Shown here: positions 13,464 through 27,690 of the stretch, piece by piece
Layout of the letters: each line of letters begins with the position of its first letter
Numbering within the stretch: the stretch's first letter is position 1
Source: Camelus dromedarius
Taxonomy: Eukaryota
Assembly: GCF_036321535.1 (NCBI RefSeq)
Contig: NC_087437.1
Location: forward strand, 84,756,001 to 84,820,000
Direction of reading: 5' to 3'
DNA length: 64,000 bases
Notes under the pieces: generated by a model
Database searches by the model: none
The model's input: the letters and a program-made list of their open reading frames with translations, nothing else
Told to the model about the DNA's origin: nothing
Translations under genes and position numbers: made by a program

Positions 13464-13835
13464 GGATTTTTTTCCCTTTTCCATTATAGTTTATAGCAGG
13501 CTATTGAGTATAGTTCCCTGTGCTATACTGCAGCACCTTGTTGTTTATCAATATAGAGTAGTTTATATCTCCTAATTCCAAATTCATTTATCCCTCCCAC
13601 CCCTTTCAAAACCCTTTGGTAACCATAAGTTTATTTTCTATCTCTGTAAGTCTGTTTCTGTTTTGTGAAGAGTTCGTTTGCATCATTTCTTTAGATTCCA
13701 CATGTAAGTGATATCAAATGATATTTTTCTGTCTCTGTCTGACTTACTTTACTTACTGTGGTATCTAGAGCAATCCATGCTGCTGCGAATAGCATTATTT
13801 CATTCTTTTTTATGACTGAGTAATATTCCATTGTG

Positions 13836-13870
<35 letters not shown>

Positions 13871-15362
13871 ATACATACATACATACATACCACAACTTCT
13901 TTATCCATTCATCTGTCCATATACATTTAGGATGCTTCTGTGTTTTGGCCATTGTAAATAGAGCTCCTGTGAACTTGGGGTGCATGTATCTTTTTGAATT
14001 AGAGTTTTCTCCAGATATATACCTAGGAGTGAGATTGCTGGATCATATGGTAACAGTTTTTAGTTTTTTTAGGAACCTCCATACTGTTCTCCATAGTGGC
14101 TGCACCAATTTACATTTTGACCAACAACATAGGAAGGTTCCCTTTTCTTTACACCCTCTCCAGCTTTCATTATTTGTAGACATTTTTGTTGATGGCCATT
14201 CTGACTTACATGAAGTGGCACCTCATTGTGGTTTTTATTTGCATTTCTCTAATAATTAGCAATACTGAACATCTTTTATTGTGCTTGTTGGCCATCAGTA
14301 TGTCTTCTTTGAATAAATGTCTATTTAGGTCTTCTGCCCACTTTTTGATTAGGTTTGTTTGTTTTGATATTTAGTTGTGTGATCTTTTTGTATATTTTGG
14401 AAATTAAACCCTTGTTTGTTACATCATTTGCAATTTTTTTACTCCCAATTCTGTATGTTGTCTTTTCATTTTGTTTATGGTTGCCTTTGCTGTGAAAAAC
14501 CTTGTAAGTTTGATTACATCCCATTTGTTTATTTTTGCTTTTATGTCTTTTGCCTTGGGAGCCTGACCTAAGAAAACATTGCTATGATTTATGTCAGAGA
14601 ATATTTTGTCTATGTTCTTTTCTAGGAGCTTTATGATATGCTGTCTTATATTTGAGTCTTTAAGCCATTTGGGGTTCATTTTTGTGTATGGTGTGAGGGA
14701 GTGTTCTAACTTCATTGATTTACATGCAGCTGTCCTGCTTTCCCAACACCACTTATCAAAGAGACTGTCTTTTCTACATTATATATTCTTGACTCCTTTG
14801 TTTTAATTGACCATAGGTGTGTGGATTAATTTCTGAGACCTCTATTCTGTTTCATTAATCCGTATGTCTATTTTTGTGCCAATACTACACCGTTTTGATT
14901 AATGTAGCACTGTAGTTTTATCTGAAGTCTGGGAGGGTTATGCCTCTAGCTTTGTTCTTTTTATCCTGTATTGCTTTGGCAGCTCTGGGCCTTTTGAGGT
15001 TTCATATAAATTTTAGGATTTTTTGTTCTAGTTATGTGAAAAACTTCCTGGGTAATTTGATAATGAGTACATTAAATCTGTACACTGTGTTGGGTAGAAT
15101 GGCCATTTTAACAATATTAATTCTTCCAATTCAAGAGCATGGGATGTCTTTCCATTTTGAATCATCTTCAGTTTCCTTTATCAGTGCTTTACAGTTCTCA
15201 GCATGTAATTCTTTTACCTCTTAGGTCAGATTTATTCCTAAGTATTTTATGTTTCTGATGTAATTTTAAAAGGGATTTTTTTTTTCACTTTCTCTTTCCA
15301 ATACTTCATTGTTAGTGTAAAGAAATGCAACTGAGTTTTATGTTAATCTGGTATCCTGCTAT
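13464..15362 (-). mobile_element. 5'-truncated LINE-1 (~1.9 kb, ORF2 C-terminal region plus partial 3' UTR)
   Basis: ORFs 14419..14715 ([20 protein letters not shown]...KAKINKWD), 13800..13985 and 13691..13888 ([19 protein letters not shown]) are frameshifted ORF2 pieces. Confidence 0.95.
13833..13890. repeat. (TG)n-(TACA)n compound microsatellite inside L1
   Basis: gtgtgtgt...gtgtgtatacatacatacatacatac. Confidence 0.95.
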
Positions 15363-16135
15363 GAGGTTTTATTTTTAATTACTTCCCAACAGTCACCCCT
15401 GTAAGTGCCAATAAGCTTCATATACAAGTATGTAAGCTGGATCACCTGATATTCACTAACTTTTTAAAAAATATTAATCTATTTTCTTTTCCTCTGGACA
15501 TTGAGCAATGTATTATAGATATGAAAAAAAAATCCATGATTCTGTGATCCTTTTTTAACTTTTTGAAGTAAATGAGGAAATAGCATTTATTTTAATTGCA
15601 GAAAATTTTAATTTTTGACATTGGTAAAACAGATACATATATCTTACAGTTAGATTGTCAATCATCATCTGGTTAAAAGAGAGCCTTTGCAAAATTGAAG
15701 GATAATATATCTGAATTGAATGTAAAATGCTCAGTACAAGATATTTAAAAATAATCCATATTATATTACAATCATCTGAAGAAAACCACTGATAATAATT
15801 TGTTGTTTCAGTTTTATTCATTTTAAGGTTTATTATTACTTTGTTAATAGAATGTTAAGTACATTAATATGCATGGTTTTTGTATTCATTTTTTACTGAG
15901 AACCATTGAAAGTTCACTTAAAGTTTGCCAGAGGCAAATTATGAATATTTGAATGAGAAAAAAATAAAGTAAAATCTTCTAAAAGTGGGGATTTCCCACG
16001 CAATTTTGAATCTGTTAATTTGCGATTTAAAAAGAATATATGCTCAAAGATTTCTTGATTTTATAGCAGCATTATTTGTTCTTCTGAAAATCACACAACT
16101 TTCATATCTTGCAATAGGTGAATTATTGTAACTCC

Positions 16136-16802
16136 TTTTTAAATTTATTGAAGTATAGAAGTATAGTCAGTTATAACGTGTCAATTTCTGGTGTACAGCG
16201 TAATGTTTCAAACTTACATATACATACATATATTCATTTTTGTATTCTTTTTCATTATAAGTTACTACAAGATATTGAATATAGTGCCCTGTGCTATACA
16301 GAAGAATTTTTTTTTTAAATCTACTTTATATATCGTAGTTAATATTAGCAATTCTGGAACTCCCAGTTTATCCTTTCCCGCCCCTTTTCCCCCAGTAACC
16401 ATAGGTTTGTTTACTATATCTGTGAGTCTGTTTTGTAGATAAATTCATTAGTTTCTTCTTCTTCTTCTTCTTTTTTTTTTTTTTTTTTTGATTCCATATG
16501 AGTGATATCATATGGTATTTTTCTTTCTCTTTCTGGCTTATGCCACTTAGAATGACAATCTCCAGGTCCATCCATGTTGCCACATGGCATTATTTTATTC
16601 TTTTTTATGGCTGAGTAGTATTCCATTATAGCGATCTACCAAGGCTTCTTTATCCAGTCATCTGTTGATGGACATTTAGGTGGTTTCCATGTCTTGGCTA
16701 TTGTATATAGTACTGCTGTGAATATTAGGGTGCATGTATCTTTTTGGATTATGGTTCCTTCTGGATATATGCCCATGAGTGGGATTGCTGGATCATATGG
16801 TA
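16136..16802 (-). mobile_element. 5'-truncated lineage-specific LINE-1 3' end
   Basis: ORFs MEYYSAIKKNKIMP and MATWMDLEIVILSGISQKEKEKYHMISL are the ORF2 C-terminus; highly similar to the copy at 11.1 kb; internal (CTT)n plus T-run at ~16453-16489; only a weak TSD. Confidence 0.93.
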
Positions 16803-19673
16803 TTGCATTCCCTTAAACTAAACATTATTATAAAAATAGCTGTGAAGATTAAATAATTAATTAGCAGTTGATAAAACATTTATACTTTTCAAAATAGTCA
16901 TTGTTTGGGGCCATTAATTTATAAAGTAATCTATAACATTTCATGGGTTTTAAGTGGCCTGCATTGATATTAAACGTTTATTTTAAACACTGAAACAATT
17001 ATATACAGCTTCAAAATATTTATTACCATTCCATTAAGAAAGTTTGTTATGGGAGCCGATGAAGATTCAGGTAACTAAAAAGCAACACAAGTTACATGAT
17101 TATTATTGTAAAGTGCCATGGAAAAAATATTGTAAAAATCGTGACAGAGGGAGGTTTACTCCACATTACTGTGAAAATTTACCTATTTTGACTAAGGCAA
17201 CTTGTTCAGATTTAGTTAAAAAAAAAAAAAAGACTAGAAATGGAAAAAAAACTGGTACAGAATTTGTTAAATTTGTACTCTTAATAACTATTCCAGGAAA
17301 AAAAATTTACGTGGAACTTGAATTGGCTGAAAATAGATTTTCCTGAAAAATTTGGCATAGTTTCCCCATGGGTAGCAATTTGTGGGTCCTTTCTAGGGAT
17401 AGAGTGGTTACAGAATAAATCAAAATATAGCAATTAATTGTTGAATAATGAAATAAATCATTAGATAATAAATATGTTAAAAATCTGTAAAAGCTTCAAT
17501 TATGAGAAGTAAATTTGAAGACTACAGATAAAAGTGTTTTGTTCTTACTTGGAAAAACTAATAGTGCTATTTTTATTCTGTATACTTTATCTCAATTAAT
17601 TTCAAACTGCAAATTATTTTTTATTGTACAGCAATTACTAAAAACAACTTTAACTGTCAAATGGATGATCTTAGGGAGATAAACTTAAAAGATGAGGATA
17701 GTTCTCCTTGATGTTTTTATTTCCCAGGATTTTAAATTAAATTAGATTATTTAGGGCAGATGACGATAGAAGGGCATCCAATATCATTCTGGGGTAACTT
17801 TTGAAAACATTACAATGCAGCATTTTATTCAATGTAACAAATGCACTTTAGTTGGTTTTCTTGATCTAGATATTATACATTGAGCAATAATAGTAGCCAT
17901 TTATCTTCATTTTGAGTACATAAATGCTGAGAGTTAGAAGTATTCTATTTATAGTTTTAGTACAAGGTTGAATGCACTTACCACACTTCATTGGTTGCAC
18001 ATTTTATACTTAGAAAAAGTGTTAAGAGTCCTTTTTATTGATTCACAGGCTAAGCAATTTGATTTTTTGTTTTCATACTTTGACCTACAACCCTAGGATC
18101 CATTAGGGCACTACAATAGCAAGGTGTAGACACATCAACTACAAAGAAATAGAACTAAAATGACACTGTCTCCAGCTGGAGATGCATTAATAGACTTGAG
18201 AATTCAAACGTAGAAAAGGCAATTTTTTCCTGCTGGGAAGCGAAGTCCTCAGGAGAGCCATCTCAGACTGAAGAACATGATATGAAAATCAATAAGAGCC
18301 CTATTGTGCTACTGATGTGTCCGGGAAGTGTCATTTTATATCTTGCTAGCGGATATCTAAAGGAAGTTAAAGCTACTTTGCTCATAGTAATTGGATGAAT
18401 TCTTTTTCATCAGTGGTCTATTTTGCTGCTCAGAGTAAAAGTAAAATATACTGTGGGGTCCAGCTTGAAATGAGATATCATGAAAATAAATTAATATGAA
18501 AACTGCTAGGTCTTTTCACAGTTTTGGTAGTGGAATCAGTGATGTTTTCTACTCTCAAAATTCCTATAATTACACATGAATTTAAACACGTAACTGTAAA
18601 TACTGAGATAAATGGCAGGAAATTGTGGTCTAGGAAACAGTGTATTGGCTAACCAGAGAAAGAAACCTAAAAGGTATCATTGTGTACATTAGAATGATTT
18701 GCAGACCTTGAATAGTTGATCTGAAAGATTTAATTTTGTAAATGTCTATCGCATTAAAGCTGGGAAAGTTATATGCTTGGAAATAATATAGATATTAATT
18801 CCTGGAATTTTTCTTGTTTATGCTACTAAGTAGCTTAGTAAGTAAGTAGCTTACTTTCCCAGATCACTATAATAAAAAGTTTGAACGTTTTATGTCAACT
18901 ATAATTAGCTTCCCCAAAAGTTACTTCATTATTTCCTCCCAAGTATATGTTATCCTATGGAAAATCGTCATATTATTTGATTGCTACAATAGGACATTTG
19001 AAGGGGACTGACTAGAATAAGGTGAGAGCAGCTAATGAAATTTGAGGTTTATATTTGAGATTCTACTTTCATCTCTTTTTACTTTTACTGTATTCTGCAA
19101 AGAATTTGAAATGGCTAAGACTCTTAAACTTATATAGCTATCCTGAAAATTTTTAAACTTCTGAATTTGAAAGTTTACTTAATTTAAGTGAGCTTCACTG
19201 TTTATTGGTTAGTGGAAAACTCTAGGAATCAGAATTAATTAATTAATTAATCAAGCAATTTTGAGAGAAGACTACATGAAGGTCTCTGTGCAAAACATGG
19301 AGGCCCATAAACATACATATATTACCTCAAAAGTGAAAATGATGGATCAAAGTTAGTGGAAAGATAAGGGGACAAAGATATTTTAATTGAAAAACAGAAG
19401 AACTTAAGGATTTAATATTCTGTGACAAACAGAAGTGATAACTGGCAGGACCATGCCTGCTGCTCTACAGTGTGAAGCAAGCAGAAGAAGGCATTCTGCT
19501 CTTCTATTTTTGGGAGGCCTGCCCTGCATATTTGGTATCTGAAAATTCCATGGATCTCCCCCAAAACCTTTAACGTCTTTTATTCATTCCAGATATGTGT
19601 GCTCTTTCAAATGAGCTTTATAAAATCAAAATGTTTTTTGGGAGATCTGAACTCATATTATGAAATAAAAAAA

Positions 19674-19860
19674 TGTATTTTGTCAATCCTAAAATGCAAT
19701 TTGTTTCTCATTTTATTATCTGTAAAATTGGAATCCATTATACAATCAGCTGCAACTTAGCAATACATAATAGTTAAGCGAGTGATTTATTTTTCTTAAA
19801 TAGCAATACAAAATTATGACAGTATAATTTATAGTATGTTAAGAGTTGATCTATGGAGTC
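19674..19860 (+). mobile_element. MER104-like non-autonomous Tc2/mariner DNA transposon, degenerate
   Basis: tgtattttgtcaatcctaaaatgcaatttgtttctcattttattatctgtaaaattggaatccattatacaatc resembles the recalled MER104 start cgtatttcatcgattctaagatgcacattttttcacattttaacatctctgaaatcgggatgcatcttacaatc. Confidence 0.5.
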
Positions 19861-20064
19861 TAATTATATACATGGCAATTAAAACCAATGAATAGCCGTT
19901 ATAAATATACTCTGGTTAAACAGTTGCTATAATTTCTGGAACTAACACGGACAAAGATTTGATTCTTCTGTGTTGGCTCTATTACAAACTGTTTCCTCTT
20001 TTCTTCTTTTCCTCTTGCGTGTATTGAATATTTTGTCTCCATTTCCTAAAAGCATCTACATGGG

Positions 20065-20450
20065 AAAAAAAAATTTCCCTATGTCCATTCTCCTACATCC
20101 TCTCTATCCTTCATGCTGCTGATAGCTATATTTCTAAAACAAAAATATGATCATGCCATTCTCTTAATTAAAATTCTTAATTCTCTGTTAGCATATTCAG
20201 TATGAATTTCCAGCTCCAAAAATGATACACGGAATCCATATGATCAGGATCACCTACACCCCTGTCTTTCATTCCTTTCCACTTTCCATAGCCACCCCTG
20301 TGTACCTTTACAAAATTACTTGCATATCCTCAATTATAAAAATTCCATTTGATTTCACATATTGCATTCTTCAACATCATACTCTGTCTAGTAAAATTAT
20401 TAAACATAATTTAAAATCAATGTATTTTCATGAATGAATAAGTAAATTGA
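20065..20450 (+). mobile_element. L2 3' fragment
   Basis: tttctaaaacaaaaatatgatcatgccattctctt and the terminal atgaatgaataagtaaattgaa. Confidence 0.65.
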
Positions 20451-22087
20451 ATTGACCATTAGGGATTGGTCATTTACAAGTATCAAAAACATCCATCTAA
20501 TTAGTTATGATACTTCCAAAAAGGTTGATTTCACTTCTTCAGACACTATTTAAAAATCACAATCTATTATTTATTCCTTTACTAATTAGTTTATATGCAT
20601 GTGAGTATTAATACAGCAGACTCAGAATGTTTGATTGTCTATGCCAATAATGTTTTTATTCTAAACCTTACAAAAAATATTCAGTGTTGCATTACCTGTT
20701 CTCATCACTTTTATGCACCAAAGTGATTTTAGTGCTAACTTTTGTTGAGACAAAGAATAAAACATTTATTTCAACTATCTTAATTTCTATTTCTCTATTT
20801 TTGACTAGACTATAAACAGCAATCTAGGATGAGTCAAGTGTGATTTCTTTCCAGTTATATTTCCAACTTATAGGAAATTGTGGTTGGCTGAATTAATGAA
20901 CTGTGTATTTTAGTTTTGGTGAATTATAAACTATAAAGCTGCTACTCAAGTAATAAACATAATCTTCTGCAGCTGATATTTTAAAGAAATTAATAGTTAT
21001 TTGAAACATACTACTGGCAAAGAGAGTCAAGGAGATACTTGTTTTAAGTACTACCCAGTAAAAAATAAAATATGTAAAATAAATAAGTAAATCAATTTTG
21101 AATGAAAAAGCAGATATTGTTTTTATTATGTGAAAGTACTTTGTGAAACAGAATGATTAATTCATATTACACGTACCTGATTAGTTCACCTAAAGTGAAA
21201 GAGATTAAGTTATACCAATCTTCCATTAAAATGTTGAATATAAATAAGTGGCATTTTGAGACTTTCATAGGTGGTTTGGCCAGGAATTCTGTCATACTGA
21301 GTAATGGTAACCATGATCTCCTTTGTTTTTAATAGTTTTCAGTAACTTAGTTGTTGCTATAATTATATTTTTTATGATTTTTCTGCCTGAAATTTCTTAG
21401 TGTTTGGCATATAAACAAATTCAAGAATATGTCACAATAAAATAGGACAGTAGAAGAATTATAGTGCAACGTTCTCAAGTTTTCTTCATTTTCTTTAAAT
21501 TTGAAAGTAAAAAAGAAGTGAAATTATCAGGTATTTATTTGATTACATGTAGAAATAATCATCTGAACCTATTTCTGGACCAGTGGTTGTCTAATAGTGC
21601 TCTATCAGCATCAAGTGAGTATTTTACTAGTCTTTAACACTAGAAATGGGGATTGTTTGCCACAGTAACCCGTGTGGTGAGACATTTAATCAATGGTCAG
21701 TTACCTTCTGTTCATGGGACAATCCCATTCTCCTGCCACCAACAGGAACTTGGAACTGAAATTAATGATGCATTTGGAGCTAGAATGAACTCTATTTTGC
21801 AGATTTTAATATGGCTAAGTAAAATTTACAGAAAGCAACATTCATATTAAGTAATAACTGAGGGATGCCTCTGTTTCTTGGGTTTGAATTTTACCAAGAG
21901 TTGTTTATAGCTTCAGAAACTCACATCACCAGTGGCATAGGTACCTTTACTTTGAGTTATCAATATAATATACTTGTATCTACATTTGAATTTGGACTTT
22001 GAAAGTGATTCCACATGTAGGTTATGAACTATGTCACTATGGTTTTTTTCATCATATAGCAAGTTAATATATGTATTGGGGAATTAT

Positions 22088-24770
22088 TTTTAATTCATTT
22101 TTGTTTAAGTATAGTTGATGTATAATATTATATAAATTACAGGTGTACAGTGTAGTGTTTCACAATTTTTGGAAGTTATACTCCCTTTATAGTTATCATG
22201 AAATATTGACTATATTCATATGTTGTACAATATATCCTTGTAGCTTATTTTATACATAATAGTTTGTACCTCTTAATCCTCTTGACTATATTGTCTCTCC
22301 CTTCCCTCATATCACTGGTCACTGCTAATTTATTCTCTATACCTGTGAATCTGTGTCTTTTTTTTTTTTAATATTCACCATTTTGTTGTATTTTTTAGAT
22401 TCCACATATAAGTGATATCATACAGTATTTGTATTTCTCTGTTTGACTTACTGCCCTTAGCATAATACACTCCAAGTCCCTCCATGTTGTTGCAAATGGC
22501 AAGATTTCATTATTTTTATAACTAATATTCTATATTCTAGTGTGTGTGTGTGTGTGTGTGTGTGTATAAAATATCTTTTTTATCCATTCATCTTTTGATG
22601 GACACTTAGTTGGCTTCCATACCTTGGGAATTGTAAATAATGCTGCAAATAATATTGGGGTGAATGTATCATTTCAAATTAGTGTATTTGGTTTTTTTTT
22701 TTTTCAGACATATACACAGAAGTGGAATTGCTGGATCATATGGCAGTTTTATTTTTTGTTTTTTGAGAAACCTCTATACTGTTTCCCACAGTGGCTATAC
22801 CAATTTACATTCCCACCAACAGTGTAAGAGGGTACCCTTTTCTCTACATCTTCACCAACATGAGTTATTTGTGTTCTTTTTGAGGATAGCCATTCTGACA
22901 GGTGATAAGGTGATATCTCATTGTGGTTTTGATTTGCATTTTTCTGATGATTAGCAATGTTAGTCATATTTTCATATGCCTGTTGGCCATCTTTATTTCC
23001 TCCTTGGAAAAATGTCTATTCAGGTTTTCTGTCACTTTTTAATTGGTTTCTTTGTTTGTTTGTTTGTTTGTTTTTTTTGATGCTGAATTATACGAGCTGC
23101 TTATACATGTTGGCTATTAACCCCTTATCAGTGATAACATTTCCAAATATTTTTCTTCCGTTCAGTAGGTTATCCTTTCATTTTGTCAATGGTTTCTTTG
23201 CTGTGCATAAGATTTTAAGTTTAATTAGGTCCCATTTGTTTATTTTTGCTTTTCTTTTTAATTTTTCCTTTGCTTTAGGAGACAGATCCAAAAATACTAT
23301 TGCTGTGATTCATGTAAAAGAGTGATCTGCCTATGTTTTTCTCTAGGAGTTCTATGATTTCCAGTCTTAAGTTTAAGTTCGTAATACATTTGGAGTTTAT
23401 TTTTGTGTATGGGATTAGAGAATGTTCTAATTTCATTCTTCTACACGTAGCTCTCCAGTTCTTCCAGCACCACTTTTTGAAAAGACTATCTCTTCTCCAT
23501 TGTATATTCTTGCCTCCTTTGTCCTTGATTAATTGACCTTAGCTGCATGGATTTTTTTCCTAAGCTCTCTATTCTGTTCCATTGATCTATATGTCTGTTT
23601 TTGTGCCAGTACCATACTGTTTTGATTACTGTAGGTTTGTGGTACTGACTGAAGACAGAGAGTGTGATTTGTCCAGCTCTCTTCTCTTTTCTGAAGATTG
23701 CCTTGGATATTCAAAGTCTTCTGTGATTCCGTACAAATTATGAAATTCTTCATTCTAGTTCTGTGAAAAATGCCATTGATATTTTGATAAAGGTTTGCAC
23801 TGAATCTGTAGACAGCCTTTGGTAGTATAATCATTTTAGCAATATCCATTCTTTCAAAAAAAGAAGATGCTATACCTTTTATCTGTTTGTATCATCTTCA
23901 ATGTATATAATCAGTGTCATATAATTTTCAGAGTTCAGGTATTTTACCTCCTTATTTAGGTTCATTTCTTGATATTTTATTCATTTTGATGTGCTGGTAA
24001 ATGGCATGGTTTCCTTAATTTCTCTTTTTAATAGCTTGTTGTTAGTGTATAGAAATGTAACAGCTTTCTATATATTAATTATGTGTCCTGAATCTTTACC
24101 CAGTTCATTAATGAGCTCTAGTAGATTTCTGATGGTGTCTTTAGGATTTTCTATCTATAGTATCATATCATCTGCAAACAGTGTCACTTTTATTTCTTCC
24201 TTAACAAATTGTATTCTTTTATTTATTTTTCTTGTATGATTGCTGTGACTAGGGTTTCCAATACTATGCTGAATAAAACTGGTGAGAGTGGGCATCCTTA
24301 TCTCTTGTTCCTGATCTTAAAGGAAATGTTTTCAGCTTTTCACCATTGAGTATGCTGTTACCTGTGGGTATGGCATATATGGCCTTTATTATGTTAAAGT
24401 ATGTTCCCTCTGTGCCCACTTTCTGGAGAATTTTTATCATAAATGGATGTTGACTTTTGATAAAAGATTTTTCTGCATCTATCGAGATTATCATATTGCT
24501 TTTATTCTTCAATTTGTTAATGTGGTGTATCACACTGATTAATTTACAGAAATTGAAAAATCCATGCATCCCTGGGATAAATCCCACTTGATCATGGTGT
24601 AAGAACCTTTAATGTATTGATGGATTCAGTTTGTTAATATTTTGTTGAGGATTTTTGCATCTATGTTCATCAATGATGTTGACCTGTTATTTTCTTTTTT
24701 ATGATATCTTTGCCTGGCTTTGATATCAGGGTGATGATGGCCTCATATAATGAGTTCAGAAGTTTTCTTT
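22088..24770 (-). mobile_element. 5'-truncated LINE-1 (~2.7 kb) extending into the ORF2 reverse-transcriptase domain
   Basis: ORF 24264..24587 [49 protein letters not shown] is L1 RT; ORF 23529..23849 IAKMIILPKAVYRFSA; many stops and frameshifts. Confidence 0.96.
22540..22565. repeat. (TG)n microsatellite inside L1
   Basis: About 12 TG units. Confidence 0.95.
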
Positions 24771-26959
24771 CTCTACAATTTCTTGTTAAAAAATATTTTA
24801 CCTCCTTTTTATATTTTAGTTCCACATTATTCTAATTTTCAAAATATAGTTCTTGATATCTTATTAAATTTTCATATTAATACTAACATTTTAATTACTC
24901 TGTTTTTCTTTCATCTTGCACTTTGTGTTTTTAACACCCATACCCTAGCTTAGTACAGTAGATTTTTGAACAGTCGATTTATGTGGGGCTAATTTGTGGA
25001 TTTATTTCCCAGGCAGTGGAATGACTTCTTTGGTCAGCATTTTTAACTGTTCCAGAAGCTGCCTAATGAATTAATTTTAATTAGCCATTTTCTTTCAGAG
25101 CTAACTCTAAGAGGAACACTGAGGAATATGATCTTGATAAGAGCTCATTGATCCAATTTACATTAATTCTTGAGAATATGGATAGTTAGTTAGTTCTTGT
25201 ATAGTTAGTTGATTTGGAGGCAGGTGGAATTAATTTTCTTATAAAAAGTTTCAGTACTACACAACCAATGATGTGGATGCCCCTCTACAAATTGAACGCA
25301 TTAAATCAGATGTGAAAAATGAGACTAAAATATCTTCTAAATACAAATGCAAATGCATATGAAAATCATCAAATATGTGTGTGTCTTTGACACAATCATA
25401 GTATTTAACAAATTAAAAAATCATTTATTTTTTAGTAGTGACTAAAAGAACTTGCTAAATATCTAAAAATATGGCAGAAATCTTTCAATAAAGTTTTAAT
25501 ATCACTTTTATGTAATTATTGCAGCCATAAAAATCATCTGACAGTAGTGTTTTAAGGATAGAGCATATATTTACAGTAAATTATATCACCAACAGAATAA
25601 TAGTATCCTTGTAAATGAACAAATACCTTTCCAAGGTGAGTCATTGAAAATAGTGATAAGGCATTTAATAAAAGGGTAACAATAACCAGTTTTGGTGGTT
25701 AAGCATATTGTTGTTTTTAACCTTTTCTTTTCTTTCTTTTTAAATTTTTATTTGCTAAATTTACCATGTTGGATATGAATGATTGATTAGAAAGAGTACA
25801 GAGCAGAAATTTCAATTTAAAACTTGGAATATTTAAACAGAATTCCCCTCCTCTTCTTTCTGATAAGTGGGCAGAGAAAGAGGGTGAGACTGAGTTTCAA
25901 AAATTAACATTTTTTCTGAGCTCCCTGAACTAATGAACTAATGGAATTCCATCACCTTGAGATTCACCTCTTCTCCATAGCTAATGGAAAGCAACAAAGA
26001 AAGCTACCCCTCCTCTCCCATCTTCACAAACACACATGCAAGTTAAATATAGCTAGACCTTCTAATGGGAAGGAATTGACCAATTTTACTTATACCTCTG
26101 TATTTAAAAAGCAGGGCAGATACTCCTCCCTAAAACAACAACAACAAAAAGCAAACAAAAATTTAAAAAACCAAAACTACAACCAAAATCTTCTTAATTA
26201 TATCAGAACCATGTACTTTAATAAAAATATAATCCCCTGAAGTAAAATATTCCTTATTCCTAAATATTAGAATTGGTTTATTTTATAAAGAAAGGAACTG
26301 TAATGTGTGATTCACAGTTTTCATGCTAAACAGAACCTAATTTTAATCATGAACATATGTTTGAAGGAATCCTTACTGTTTCAAGAGAGTGACTCTTACT
26401 GCGTAATAGTCTGGTGAGATACTAGCATAGTTCATTTTCCAGTCAGGTATAATCTTTTGCTTTCAAGTAGATATGGCATAAATGAACTTAAACCTGAAAA
26501 CCTGTCTAAAACCTATTTCATGACTAATTAGTCCCTTTTAGAAACTCAATTAAATGCTGGATGCTACACATTTAAATGGAAAGATAATGACTGACAGAAC
26601 AGAGAAACATGGGTGTGCATAAATTGTCTCTGACCTAATTGAAAGACTTAAACTGAAAATTTAACATCAAAATGAATATTATAATAATGTGTCATGTCCA
26701 TCATTCTCTCAGCCAGTATAGCATCTTCAGGTTTCACCACAGCATGAATACTGACATTGTTTCATTAAGTTAAATGTTTGTTTTACTCAGAGTACACAGT
26801 TCCTACAGGGTGAAATATTGTTGTCGTCTCTAGAACACATCAGTTTTCATAGCACTGGGTAAGTTTTTTTCATTCTTTGCTAAATTTTTCTAATATTTTT
26901 AGGATAATATTGAGCCATCACCTCTAGAGTAAAAGCATAGACTGTTGAGAATGACTGCT

Positions 26960-27130
26960 TTATGAGATTTTAGATATTGATAAGAGATTTAGAGTTATCT
27001 GGTCCAATTTCTTTATATTTTAAATTAGGAAACTGCAGTTTGGAGAAGAGTATTTATAGGCATAGTTACACAATTCTTCTTAATGGATCGACTTTAAAAT
27101 CTGGATGTCCAGACCCCATATTCATCTAAT
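26960..27130 (-). mobile_element. MIR SINE fragment
   Basis: tagagttatctggtccaatttctttatattttaaattaggaaactgcagtttggaga resembles the antisense MIR core. Confidence 0.6.
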
Positions 27131-27559
27131 TCCTTTAAAAAAAAATCCCTAAAAAGTATTTTGGTTATTCTCTTCATAGAAATACAATCTTATATAAACA
27201 GAGATTGTCATATGCCAAATAAAGTAATAGTTTTAGTTTATTTTGCTCTACACTCCAACATAAAAGTGTTTCCAGTTTACTTTTAACTCTCCAATGCTGA
27301 ACATTAGTTATTTTTTAAAGTTATTTTAACTCAAATTTAGCTATGTGAATCACACATGCATACCCTTTAAAAAAATTTTTGCACTAATATATAAAAGTAT
27401 GATCTTTTTGTAGTGTTTATTTTGTTACAACTTATAAAAATGCTGATGTTATCCTATTTGGTAACTTAGCAAACTAGAAATAAAACTGAAATCATTGTAA
27501 TATTTTCATTACCTATTACCTGAATAGAGTTAATATTGATTTTGTGGTGAATTTCATTT

Positions 27560-27690
27560 CCCTCCTTCCTTCCCCTCTCCCTTCCTCCTTTCTTTATCTA
27601 TGTATCATTTATCTGTTACCTGTCTATCATCTATTGTCTATCTTATCACCTATCTGTCTATCATCTTCCTCTCTGTCCATTCCTGTCTTT
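27560..27690. repeat. CT-rich / degenerate (TATC)n low-complexity tract
   Basis: cctccttccttcccctctcccttcc and tctatcatctattgtctatcttatcacctatctgtctatc. Confidence 0.75.

Larger units (their letters stand above)
12803..15391 (+). mobile_element. ERV1-class solo LTR (MER89/MER90-like by recall), split by an L1; LTR parts are 12803-13463 and 15363-15391
   Basis: Starts tgtaaaag; internal ERV1-LTR blocks tttgaaatgtatgtaaatc, ggcaccttgctccaagttgcaaagc, ctggtttaatgcttattcaat; the terminal ttttatttttaattacttcccaaca resumes after the L1. Confidence 0.7.

Noticed and set aside
16124..16814. TSD tattgtaactcctt / tattgcattccctt around the 16.1-kb L1
   Set aside because: Only 10/14 identity, too weak to assert.
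18169..18182. 14-bp palindrome tctccagctggaga (E-box centre)
   Set aside because: Several palindromes of this length are expected by chance in 64 kb, and there is no supporting context.
24264..24587. Reverse-transcriptase ORF as an active or novel RT system
   Set aside because: It is an ordinary L1 ORF2 RT fragment in a 5'-truncated, frameshifted copy.
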